Below the pieces are notes generated by a model. It saw only the letters and a program-made list of their open reading frames with translations, did not search any database and had not been told where the DNA came from. The position numbers and the translations under genes were made by a program. A stretch of DNA of 64,000 nt from Spirochaetota bacterium (GTDB lineage Bacteria; Spirochaetota; UBA4802; UBA5550). The stretch is taken from the NCBI GenBank assembly GCA_963664815.2, contig CAXXHB010000002.1, forward strand, positions 672,001 to 736,000, written 5' to 3'. This document shows positions 32,027 through 42,482 of this stretch, in pieces (the stretch's first letter is position 1; every line of letters begins with the position of its first letter).

Positions 32027-32728
32027 TCAGATATCTGATAAATTATATGATTTCAGAATTTTTCTGGATTGTGCCGCACATACAGAATTGCATGTGATGA
32101 GATTGATTGTTTCAATTTTAATTTCATAGTTTAAAATATTTTTCATTTTACGAATCTCTTTTAAAAAAAATTCTGACGGTTGCCGGGTGTAACGGCAAAG
32201 AGATATATTTCCGAAAAATATATTATTTGAAATATATTGTTTATTATCAGGCAGTCCGGTTTTTTTCAGACCTTTATCAATATCTGTAACCAGTTTCTTC
32301 AACTGTCTATCGCAATAACCTATTATAGAAACGCTTCCAGCTAATGATACAATTTCTTCAAAGGTGAATGAAAACGATTTATGTCGTGGAATTATATCCT
32401 GGAGCACTTTATCTGCTTTTTCAATATCGTTTAACGTGAAAAGCGGAGGATTATTCGTTGTACGGATATTCTTTATTGTAATATGCAGATTTTCCGGCGG
32501 ATAATAATAGTGAAATGGATCAATCAGTTTAAGTGGAGAAATAAGTTTATCATGAATATATTGTACTGTATCTGGTTCAGGGAATGCAACTGAAGTCAGA
32601 CAGATTGCATTATCAGTAATATATTCCGGAATCAACCGAAATACATTTGTATCTGCCTGTGGTATATCCGGATTGCTGCAAAGCATTCGCACTACATTTT
32701 TCTGCATTTGTCGGTATGGCAGTCTCAT
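32027..32728 (-). CDS. 2H phosphoesterase (2'-5' RNA ligase superfamily)-like protein
   Basis: YYPPENLHITI is the first HxT motif; the second motif position reads GNISL. Confidence 0.7.
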   Translation of the reverse strand: MRLPYRQMQKNVVRMLCSNPDIPQADTNVFRLIPEYITDNAICLTSVAFPEPDTVQYIHDKLISPLKLIDPFHYYYPPENLHITIKNIRTTNNPPLFTLNDIEKADKVLQDIIPRHKSFSFTFEEIVSLAGSVSIIGYCDRQLKKLVTDIDKGLKKTGLPDNKQYISNNIFFGNISLCRYTRQPSEFFLKEIRKMKNILNYEIKIETINLITCNSVCAAQSRKILKSYNLSDI

Positions 32729-32775
32729 AGGAACAGACTCTCAATGATGATATTTAATAATCAGGAATAACATGT

Positions 32776-34290
32776 TTATTGTTGAGCCGGTTGATTTTTA
32801 TATTCTGAATAGTATTTAATCAGGGCATCGACAATTCCATTAATGGTAAATTCGTCTGCTGTTATTGCCGGTTTGAATCCATATTTAACAATAGTTTCCG
32901 TTGTCACCGGACCTATACTTGCAAGAATAGCTTTGGTTTCAGGAAACATGGTAAAGAAATTGGATGCTGTTGATGAGCTTGTAAATGTGATAATATCAGC
33001 TTTTTTAACCTCGTCCATAAGCTTTTCATCAATGATTTGAGGTATTTCTGCTGAATAGATATGAATCCTGTCAACATTGGCACCCATTTCTTTAAGTCCG
33101 TCGGTAAGTGTCATTCTTGCATCAGAAGAACATGGGATTAGAATTTTTTGCCCGGTAATATTATATTTACTGAATTCATCAAGAAGAGATTCGGCAACAA
33201 ATTTATCAGGTATCATATCCGGTAAAATTCCGTATTTTTTAAGTTCATCACCTGATGCTTTTCCTATTACGGCAATTTTATTACCTCCAAGCGCCCGTAC
33301 ATCTTTTCCTGAAGTGAACAGTTCATCAAAAAAAATATTAATTGCATTTTGTGAAGTGAATATAATCCAGTTATACTGTTCTATCAATGAAAGGGATTTT
33401 TTTAAAGGTGAGAGATTATTAAGCTTTTTTATTTCTATAGTGGGAAATTCGATAACCCTTGCTCCGAGAGATACAAGCATTCCGGTGAGTTTTGAAGCCT
33501 GATTTCTTGTTCTTGTGACAACTATTTTTTTGCCAAAGAGAGGCTGAGTGTCAAACCATCTGAGTTTATCTCTAAGAGAGACCACTCCCCCCATTATTAT
33601 TATTGCCGGTGGAACAAGTTTTGCGTTCTCTGCAGCTTCTGCAATATTTGATAGCGTTGATGTAACAACGTTCTGTTCAGGTCTTGTTCCCCATGATATA
33701 ATCCCTACAGGCGTGTTTGCAGGAAATTTTTTTTCTTCGATCAAAGTATTACTTATATGTTTTAAATTTTTCATCCCCATAAGAAATGCGAAAGTTTTCT
33801 CAGGATCAAACTCGGGGAAGTTTACATCCTCGGTATCATCTGCATCAGATCTTCTGTGCCCGCTGATAACTTCAAATGCGTTTGCAAAATCCCTGTGTGT
33901 AAGAGGAATTCCCGCATAAGCTGGTGCGGAATAAAATGATGAAATTCCCGGGATAACAATAAACGGTATATTCTTTTCTGCCAGGAGCTCTGCTTCTTCA
34001 CCGCCACGCCCGAAGATGAATGGATCACCACCTTTGAGCCTTACTACAGTTTTCCCCTGCAGGGCTTTTTCCGCAATAAGCTCATTTATACCTTCCTGCT
34101 TGAGCGTATGGTTGCTTCCCTGTTTTCCAACGTAAATAATTTCACAGTCGAGTCCGTCAAGCAGGCTTTTCTCTGCAAGATAGTCATATATGATGCAGTC
34201 CGCTTCATGCAGTACCCTCATACCTTTAACAGAAATAAGTTCCGGATCACCAGGACCGGCCCCTACAAGATATACAACACCCTTCTTCAT
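32776..34290 (-). CDS. cobA: Uroporphyrinogen-III C-methyltransferase / uroporphyrinogen-III synthase fusion
   Basis: VYLVGAGPGDP, RLKGGDPFIFGRG and AGIPLTHR, followed by a HemD domain (IVVTR, IIFTSQNA, FTSSST, SIGPVT). Confidence 0.96.
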   Translation of the reverse strand: MKKGVVYLVGAGPGDPELISVKGMRVLHEADCIIYDYLAEKSLLDGLDCEIIYVGKQGSNHTLKQEGINELIAEKALQGKTVVRLKGGDPFIFGRGGEEAELLAEKNIPFIVIPGISSFYSAPAYAGIPLTHRDFANAFEVISGHRRSDADDTEDVNFPEFDPEKTFAFLMGMKNLKHISNTLIEEKKFPANTPVGIISWGTRPEQNVVTSTLSNIAEAAENAKLVPPAIIIMGGVVSLRDKLRWFDTQPLFGKKIVVTRTRNQASKLTGMLVSLGARVIEFPTIEIKKLNNLSPLKKSLSLIEQYNWIIFTSQNAINIFFDELFTSGKDVRALGGNKIAVIGKASGDELKKYGILPDMIPDKFVAESLLDEFSKYNITGQKILIPCSSDARMTLTDGLKEMGANVDRIHIYSAEIPQIIDEKLMDEVKKADIITFTSSSTASNFFTMFPETKAILASIGPVTTETIVKYGFKPAITADEFTINGIVDALIKYYSEYKNQPAQQ

Positions 34291-35195
34291 ATATATTTTT
34301 CAGCTCCTTGTGATTTTATTTTAACTGAAAGCTCCGCTCCTACGCTTTCAGGATCTTTTCCCTCTACCTTTGCCCTGGCCACGAAAGAACCATCTTCCGA
34401 GGCAATAACTCCATCAAGTACAATACAATCTCCTTTTAAAGAAGCATGTGCTCCTAATGGAATGTGGCATCCTCCACCAAAATTTTTCAGAAATGATCGC
34501 TCTGCAGTTACTAGAACTTCGGTTAGTTCGTGGTTAAGTTTTCTTGCGATATCAAAAGTATACTGATCATTGACTCTCACCTGCAGGCCCAGGGCTCCCT
34601 GTGCCGGTGCAGGAAGGAAAATATTTTCATCAAGTACCTGTATAATAAATTCTGTAATGTCAAGTTTGATTCTGTCTACAGCAGCTTTCGCCATTACAAT
34701 GGCATCATATTCGTTTTCTTTGAGTTTTCTGAGTCTTGTATTAACATTTCCCCGCAGGGCTTCAATTCTTAGAGTGTTGTCAAATGCTTTAAGCTGCGCC
34801 ATTCTCCTTACAGAGCTGGTTCCAATCATGGAACTACCTTTTATATTAATATCTTTTCTTTTTTCATAAGCATCGGGATGCATTATAATCATATCATGAA
34901 AATCTCCCCTTTCAGGTATTGCAGCAAGTCTTAGTCCTTTTACATCTTCGGTAGGGAGATCTTTTAACGAATGAACAGCAAGATCAATTTTATTAGAAAG
35001 TAGTGCTTCCTCAATTTCCTTAGTAAAAAAACCTTTACCCTCCATTTTGTTGAAAGAAACGTTCTGTATTCTGTCTCCCTCGGTTTTTATAATTACCAGT
35101 TCAGTATTTTCTTCACCTATAAGAGCTGATATATATTTAGCCTGCCACAGTGCAAGTTCGCTGCCTCTTGTTCCGATTCTAACTTTTTTTGCCAT
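34287..35195 (-). CDS. hemC: Hydroxymethylbilane synthase (porphobilinogen deaminase)
   Basis: IGTRGSELALWQA, VHSLKDLP, GTSSVRR, RGNVNTRL and GGGCHIP. Confidence 0.98.
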   Translation of the reverse strand: MAKKVRIGTRGSELALWQAKYISALIGEENTELVIIKTEGDRIQNVSFNKMEGKGFFTKEIEEALLSNKIDLAVHSLKDLPTEDVKGLRLAAIPERGDFHDMIIMHPDAYEKRKDINIKGSSMIGTSSVRRMAQLKAFDNTLRIEALRGNVNTRLRKLKENEYDAIVMAKAAVDRIKLDITEFIIQVLDENIFLPAPAQGALGLQVRVNDQYTFDIARKLNHELTEVLVTAERSFLKNFGGGCHIPLGAHASLKGDCIVLDGVIASEDGSFVARAKVEGKDPESVGAELSVKIKSQGAEKYI

Positions 35196-35546
35196 AAAGA
35201 TTCAATCCAGCACAACATTATTTTTTGTTTATAGACAGTAGTATTCCTTAAAATATCATTTAGTGAAAAAATATTTTACCAGCACGCTGTCGTTATGATA
35301 AAACATTTTGGTAATAAAAATTAAGGTTCAAGTATATTTTTATGTTACAAATTTCAGTCGTTATATGTCAATGTATTATTTCACTTAATAACTCAATCAG
35401 ACTATGATTAATACATGATTTTACTTTTATATATAAAAATGGAGTTTATTAATTCATCCGATGTTATTTCTTGACTAAAATGATATTTGCAGTTTAAATC
35501 GTAATAAATTACCAGCAGACAGTATAATTATATTGAGGAGTTTTAT

Positions 35547-36551
35547 ATGAAAGATTATTCCATTAAATGTTTAATAACATTTATTATTGTATCGGCAATC
35601 CTTGTTGCAGCAGGATGTGGGAGAAGTGGCAAATCTGAGAAAATTTCAATTGGTATTTCGAAAATTGTTTCTCACCCCGCACTTGATAGTATTGAAAAAG
35701 GGATCCAGGATGAGCTTAAAGAAGAGGGATATACTAATCTTACATTTGACCTTCAGAATGCTAATGGAGAGATTTCAACTGCAGCTTCAATCGCTCAGAA
35801 ATTCAGGGCTGATCAGGTTAAAATTGCTGTTGGTATAGCGACGCCTACTGCGCAGGCTTTAAAAAATACCATGAAGGATTCAATAGTAATATATGCTGCT
35901 GTTACAGATCCAGTTGATGCCGGGCTTGTCAAATCCTTGACAGTTGGAGAAAAAAATGTTGCGGGCGTATCAGATATGACACCGGTGAAAGATCAGATTT
36001 CATTTTTAAAAAAGGTTAAAGATATTAAAAAACTTGGACATATTTATGCAAGTCATGAGGCAAATGCAGTGACGCTTGCTAAAATGGCAAAAAAAGCCTG
36101 TGATGAACTGGGAATCGAATTTATTGAATCAACTGTAACAAATTCATCTGAGGTAAAACAGGCAACTCAGGCAATTGCGGGAAGAGTGGATGCATTTTAT
36201 CTGAGTACGGATAATACTGTTATTTCGGCTTTGTCTGCAGTTGTTGATGTTGCAAAGACAAAGAATCTGCCCATAATGTCAGCTGATCCGAGTTCAGCTG
36301 AGAAATTTGAAGTCTTCGCTGCGTGGGGGTTTGACTATTATAAAATGGGAAAGGCAACAGGAAAGCTTATTGCAAGAATATTAAGTGGTGAGAAACCGGA
36401 AAATATACCGACTGTCTTCATGACAGAGCCTTCAGATGTGGACCTTCTTCTGAATCTTGATGTAGCAAAAAAACTGGGAATAACGATTCCGGATAAAATT
36501 ATTTCCCAGGCAAGCCGAATAATTAAAGATGGAAAGATGACTAAGAAATAG
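35547..36551 (+). CDS. ABC transporter substrate-binding lipoprotein (ABC_sub_bind/TrpX-like)
   Basis: Lipobox AAGC; HPALD, NANGE, IATPTAQ, AVTDPVDAGLV and TDNTV. Confidence 0.92.
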   Translation: MKDYSIKCLITFIIVSAILVAAGCGRSGKSEKISIGISKIVSHPALDSIEKGIQDELKEEGYTNLTFDLQNANGEISTAASIAQKFRADQVKIAVGIATPTAQALKNTMKDSIVIYAAVTDPVDAGLVKSLTVGEKNVAGVSDMTPVKDQISFLKKVKDIKKLGHIYASHEANAVTLAKMAKKACDELGIEFIESTVTNSSEVKQATQAIAGRVDAFYLSTDNTVISALSAVVDVAKTKNLPIMSADPSSAEKFEVFAAWGFDYYKMGKATGKLIARILSGEKPENIPTVFMTEPSDVDLLLNLDVAKKLGITIPDKIISQASRIIKDGKMTKK

Positions 36552-36591
36552 ATTAAAAAGAAAGGCTAGCCTGAAATGATGGTCGGCCTTA

Positions 36592-38970
36592 CTACTTTTC
36601 TGTTATGACTTTTTTTATTATAATTGATAATTCAGAGGCTAGATAAGGTTTATTCACAGTTTCTTTTACTCCCATCTCAAGTGCTTTAACTTTTAATTCA
36701 TTATCAAACATACCTGATGAAATAATTGCTTTAACCTTCGAATCAATTTTCTTCAATTCCTGGAAAACCTCAATTCCTGATTTTCCCGGCATTGATAAGT
36801 CAATTAATACAGCGGAGATTTCAGAATGCTTATTTTTAAAGATTATTATTCCCTTATCAGCCCCTTCGGCAGTAAATACATTGTAACCATATTGTTTAAG
36901 AAATCCTTCTGCAATAGACAGGATCACAGATTCATCATCAATAACAAGCACAGTTCCGTTACCGTATGTAATCTCCTGATCAATATCATCCCTGCTGATG
37001 TTATCATAATCGGTGTAAACAGGGAAATAAACTGTAAAACATGAACCCGAACCTGGCTCCGAATATACGTTAATAAGGCCACCATGTTTTTGAATAATGT
37101 TGTATGATATGGCAAGACCTAAACCTGTGCTTTCGTTCTTGCTTTTTGTCGAGAAGAATGGTTCAAAAATTTTCTGTTTAATATCGGGAGGAATTCCGAC
37201 TCCGGTGTCTGATATTTTTATTCTGATCCAATAGTGTACCTTTCCGACATCATTTGGATGGTTTTCCTTTATTATATAATCAATATAATCAGATTTTACT
37301 TTTTCCGCTGTTACAGTAAGGGTTCCCCCCTGTTTTTCTCCCGGGCTGCGCATTATCGTCATCGCATGGGATGCATTTATGCAGAGATTAAGAAGTACCT
37401 GTTCGATCTGGACAATATCCCCTATTATTATCATTTGCGATTCTTCAGTATGGAAATTGAGCTCTATCGATTTTGGAAAACTATTTCTGCATAATTCATA
37501 TATATGGTTAACAGAATCTTTTATATCAAGAGGAGAGAGTTTGATTTCGTGTTTCCTGGATAGTATAAGGAGCTGATTAATAAGTCCGGCAGAACGTTTT
37601 GATGATTCCAGTCCGAGACTGATATATTTTTCAATATATTCCCCGTTATTGAGATTTTCCTTTTTCAGCGCAATGGATACAAGATTAAAGCTTCCTATAA
37701 TTCCGGCGAGGAAGTTGTTGAAATCATGGGCAAGACCGCCCACCAGGGTTCCGATGGCTTCCATTTTTTGTGATTGTGCCAATTGATCTTTAATCTTTTG
37801 CCTTTCCTGTTCCATGGCTATACGGTCGCTTATATCCCTTGTTATACCAACAAGACCAACAGGATTACTATTTTTATCCATAATGAATGAAATTTTCAGT
37901 TCGGCAGTAAAAACCGTTCCGTCCTTTTTTATATGATTAAGTTGAAGTATAATAAGTTTTAATGGATCGAGGGATTTTATTTTATCTGGTTTAAGATCTT
38001 CATGGAAAATTTTCATAATTTTACGGTATGATTCAGGAGTAAGCGCATTTTTCAGAGGAAGATTCATTGCTTCATCAACAGTATAACCGAACATCCGATA
38101 TACTGACGTGCTGATAAAAGAGAAACTAAGATTCATATCGGCTGACCATATCAGGTCATTGACATTGTCCGCCAGGAGGCGATAGCGTTTTTCACTTGCT
38201 TCAAGTTCATCATTATTCTTTTTCAGAGCGAGAGTCCTTTCTGATACAATATCCTCCAGATGGTCACGATGTTTACGCAGTTCTATCTCAGCATGCTCTT
38301 TCATTCTCATCTCATCTCTGAGAAGAAGATTTGCTTTTTCGGTTTCCTCTTTTGCTTTTGCAAGCTTCTCTTTTTCAAGAAGGAGTTTCTCCTGTTCAGT
38401 TTCCATTGCCTGCTTATATTTTTCACGAGAAGATTCATAGCTGTATGTAAAAATAAAGATCATGAAAAAAGTTGGAATATAGCGCGTTATAAACTGTGGA
38501 CTGTAAGTGTAATGGGATAAATATGAAGACGGATTAATGATTAACGATATCATTACGAATGCGCATGAAATTGACCATAACAACCCCTCTTTTTTGCCGA
38601 GAAGATAAAATGAAAAAAGCGGATGAAGCATTGCCCAGATGCTCGCATAGCCCTGACCGGTACCGGTTTTTATCCAGTAAAGCAGAGTAAATGAATAAAG
38701 AAGATCAACAACACGATAAACCGGTTTACCGTTTATAAGATTTCGAAGCAGAATAACAAAAATGGTCATAATCAGTGTAAGAAGAAAATCTATAATTGCA
38801 ATATCATAAAACCCTTTAGAAAGGTGATATATACCGAAAATAATATCGGCCGGAATATTCATGAATAGGAAAACCATCAGCAGTGTTCTTCTACCCGTTT
38901 CTTCTATACTGAGCGGATGGCGGGATATTATCGGACTTAAAAGCTTTTTTATATTACCGTTAAATCTCAT
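36592..38970 (-). CDS. Membrane hybrid sensor histidine kinase (PAS-HisKA-HATPase-REC)
   Basis: N-terminal TMs, PAS, GGLAHDFNN, NLCINA, SDTGVG, FEPFFSTK, GLGL and a C-terminal receiver (VIDDE, LIDLSMP, NKP). Confidence 0.95.
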   Translation of the reverse strand: MRFNGNIKKLLSPIISRHPLSIEETGRRTLLMVFLFMNIPADIIFGIYHLSKGFYDIAIIDFLLTLIMTIFVILLRNLINGKPVYRVVDLLYSFTLLYWIKTGTGQGYASIWAMLHPLFSFYLLGKKEGLLWSISCAFVMISLIINPSSYLSHYTYSPQFITRYIPTFFMIFIFTYSYESSREKYKQAMETEQEKLLLEKEKLAKAKEETEKANLLLRDEMRMKEHAEIELRKHRDHLEDIVSERTLALKKNNDELEASEKRYRLLADNVNDLIWSADMNLSFSFISTSVYRMFGYTVDEAMNLPLKNALTPESYRKIMKIFHEDLKPDKIKSLDPLKLIILQLNHIKKDGTVFTAELKISFIMDKNSNPVGLVGITRDISDRIAMEQERQKIKDQLAQSQKMEAIGTLVGGLAHDFNNFLAGIIGSFNLVSIALKKENLNNGEYIEKYISLGLESSKRSAGLINQLLILSRKHEIKLSPLDIKDSVNHIYELCRNSFPKSIELNFHTEESQMIIIGDIVQIEQVLLNLCINASHAMTIMRSPGEKQGGTLTVTAEKVKSDYIDYIIKENHPNDVGKVHYWIRIKISDTGVGIPPDIKQKIFEPFFSTKSKNESTGLGLAISYNIIQKHGGLINVYSEPGSGSCFTVYFPVYTDYDNISRDDIDQEITYGNGTVLVIDDESVILSIAEGFLKQYGYNVFTAEGADKGIIIFKNKHSEISAVLIDLSMPGKSGIEVFQELKKIDSKVKAIISSGMFDNELKVKALEMGVKETVNKPYLASELSIIIKKVITEK

Positions 38971-39131
38971 TAAATTAATATACTTTTTTTATAATAAAAA
39001 ACAAGCAATAAATTCCTGTGTTGTTTTTGAAAAATTTACAGACGATGTTCAAGATTAATATTAATTTGAAAAAAAAACTTGTTAAATATAATAATAATAT
39101 TAACATGTAATTTTGTGTGTCAAATTCTTGA

Positions 39132-40412
<1,281 letters not shown>

Positions 40413-40503
40413 AAACGTGAAAACGAGATTTTTTATTTATTTTCTTTAAATTATGTTGACAGTCAAAAACCTATTTTGTACAAGGTCTTTACTTTGAGAA
40501 TAT

Positions 40504-40576
40504 GAGGCGTTAGCTCAGTCGGTAGAGCAACTGCCTTTTAAGTAGTGGGTCCGGGGTTCAAGTCCCCGACGCCTCA
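40504..40576 (+). tRNA. tRNA-Lys (anticodon TTT)
   Basis: Cloverleaf: acceptor GAGGCGT/ACGCCTC, D arm GCTC/GAGC, anticodon arm ACTGC-CTTTTAA-GTAGT, T arm CGGGG-TTCAAGT-CCCCG. No encoded CCA. Confidence 0.97.
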
Positions 40577-40596
40577 ATCGAAAAGTTGCAAAGCAT

Positions 40597-40669
40597 GTCC
40601 CCGTCGTCTAGGGGTCTAGGACACCGGGTTTTCATCTCGGCAGCAGGGGTTCGAATCCCCTCGGGGATG
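40597..40669 (+). tRNA. tRNA-Glu (anticodon TTC)
   Basis: Acceptor GTCCCCG/CGGGGAT, anticodon arm CCGGG-TTTTCAT-CTCGG, T arm AGGGG-TTCGAAT-CCCCT. No encoded CCA. Confidence 0.96.
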
Positions 40670-40677
40670 CATAAAAG

Positions 40678-40710
40678 AAGGCCGCTAATTGTAAGCGGCC
40701 TTTTTATTTT
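40678..40710 (+). terminator. Intrinsic terminator of the tRNA pair
   Basis: AAGGCCGCT-7 nt-AGCGGCCTT followed by TTTATTTT. Confidence 0.9.
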
Positions 40711-40861
40711 AAAACATTGAGACGAATTTAAATTTTTTCATCTGATATTCCGCAATTTTTTCAAGTTATAAATTACTAAAATCCCGTGGTTCTTCACAAA
40801 GATAATTGACATTTTTTAACATTAAAATGTTATATTAATTATAATTCAGCTGGAGAAAATA

Positions 40862-40897
40862 ATGCCGGACCCTTTAACGTATCCTTTAATTATATAA
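40862..40897 (+). CDS. Putative proline-rich leader peptide of mgtE (MPDPLTYPLII)
   Basis: GGAG at 40852-40855, ATG at 40862, 3 Pro in the first 8 codons, TAA at 40895-40897. It lies just downstream of promoter-like TTGACA (40806) and TGtTATATT (40828-40836). Confidence 0.55.
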   Translation: MPDPLTYPLII

Positions 40898-41102
40898 TGC
40901 ATGAATAAGCTGTCTCCCGTTGAGTAATATTCAACACGATATTTACTCCCCGAAAATGGCTTATAGATGCCATTGGAGTGTTGAGTAAAAAGCATCCACC
41001 TTAAATTTTTATAACGGAAAATGTTTTAATTTTAATCAACATTTATATTAATGATCCGCAGATATTCAGCTATATTCTTTTATTAGATCCGGAGGCCCTT
41101 TA

Positions 41103-42482
41103 ATGTCTGGAAAACTTTTATTGCCTGAAATTATTGAACTGGTGGACATGAAAGATTTTAAAGCTCTTAAAGAGATTATCAGTGAATGGCACCCGGCAGA
41201 TCTTGCGGAGCTTATTTCAGATCTCCCCGAATCGCAGCAATTCATAGTATTCAGGTTCCTTCCCAAAAATCTTACATCGACTGTTTTTGATTTTCTCGAG
41301 GTTGAATCGCAGAAAAATATTCTTTTATCAATGGGGAAGAAAGAGGTGGCTTCAATCATAAATGAACTCTCCCCGGATGACCGTACATCTCTATTTGAAG
41401 AGCTTCCTCATTCTGTTGTTAAAAATATGCTTATGCTTCTGACAAAGGAGGAGAGGGAAATTGCAAGAACACTATTGGGTTATCCCGAGGAGAGTGTAGG
41501 GCGTTTGATGTCCCCTGAATATGTATCAGTAAAAGAGGGGATGACAATAGAGGATGTTCTTGATAGAATAAGGAAATACGGTTCTGATAGTGAAACTCTT
41601 GATGTACTTTACGTAATTGACGATGAAGGTAAACTTGTTGATGATATAACAATAAGGGAAATTCTTCTCTCATCGCCAAAAAAAAAGATTAGCAAACTGA
41701 TGGACCATAAATTTGCTTATCTCAATGCAACGGATGATCAGGAGATGGCGGTTGAGAGTTTTAAAAAGTATGAATGCTATGCTTTACCTGTTATTGACAA
41801 TGACGGCTTTCTCATCGGCATTGTAACAATAGACGATATACTCTATGTCGCTGAAGAGGAAACAACAGAGGATATCCATAAAATCGGAGGGGTTGAAGCC
41901 CTGGATGATTCGTATATGAATACTTCTCTTTTAGAACTGGTAAAGAAAAGGGCGAGCTGGCTAATAATACTTTTTGTCGGTGAAATGCTTACCGCTTCGG
42001 CTATGGCAATTTATGAAAAGGAGATTGCTAAAGCCGTTGTACTGGCCCTTTTCGTTCCACTCATTATTTCAAGTGGCGGTAATTCAGGATCCCAGGCTGC
42101 TTCGCTTATTATACGTGGGCTGGCGCTGAAAGAATTTGGTTTCCGCGACTGGTGGAAGATTATGAAACGGGAAATTATTACAGGTTTTCTTCTTGGTCTG
42201 ATACTTGGTGTTATCGGTTTTATACGGATTTCAGTATGGCAATTTGTAAGTGGTATTTATGGACCTTATTGGCTAAACGTCGCTGTTGTTGTCATGTTCT
42301 CTTTAATTGGTGTTGTAATGTGGGGAACACTTTCAGGTTCTATGCTACCGCTATTATTAAAAAGGTTCAAGCTTGATCCGGCCACATCATCAGCGCCATT
42401 TGTGGCAACACTGGTTGATGTAACGGGTCTGGTTATATATTTTACGATAGCACATATTCTTTTAAATGGTAAATTATTATGA
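41103..42482 (+). CDS. mgtE: Magnesium transporter MgtE
   Basis: HPADLA N-domain, CBS pair, SSGGNSGSQA and DPATSSAPFVATLVDVTG. Confidence 0.98.
   Translation: MSGKLLLPEIIELVDMKDFKALKEIISEWHPADLAELISDLPESQQFIVFRFLPKNLTSTVFDFLEVESQKNILLSMGKKEVASIINELSPDDRTSLFEELPHSVVKNMLMLLTKEEREIARTLLGYPEESVGRLMSPEYVSVKEGMTIEDVLDRIRKYGSDSETLDVLYVIDDEGKLVDDITIREILLSSPKKKISKLMDHKFAYLNATDDQEMAVESFKKYECYALPVIDNDGFLIGIVTIDDILYVAEEETTEDIHKIGGVEALDDSYMNTSLLELVKKRASWLIILFVGEMLTASAMAIYEKEIAKAVVLALFVPLIISSGGNSGSQAASLIIRGLALKEFGFRDWWKIMKREIITGFLLGLILGVIGFIRISVWQFVSGIYGPYWLNVAVVVMFSLIGVVMWGTLSGSMLPLLLKRFKLDPATSSAPFVATLVDVTGLVIYFTIAHILLNGKLL

Noticed and set aside
40945-40980. CCGAAAATGGC...GATGCCATTGG resembles part of the M-box riboswitch
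   Set aside because: The conserved 5' GTTAGGTGAGGC and 3' segments are not visible, so I do not call an M-box. A degenerate relation should still be tested with the Rfam model.
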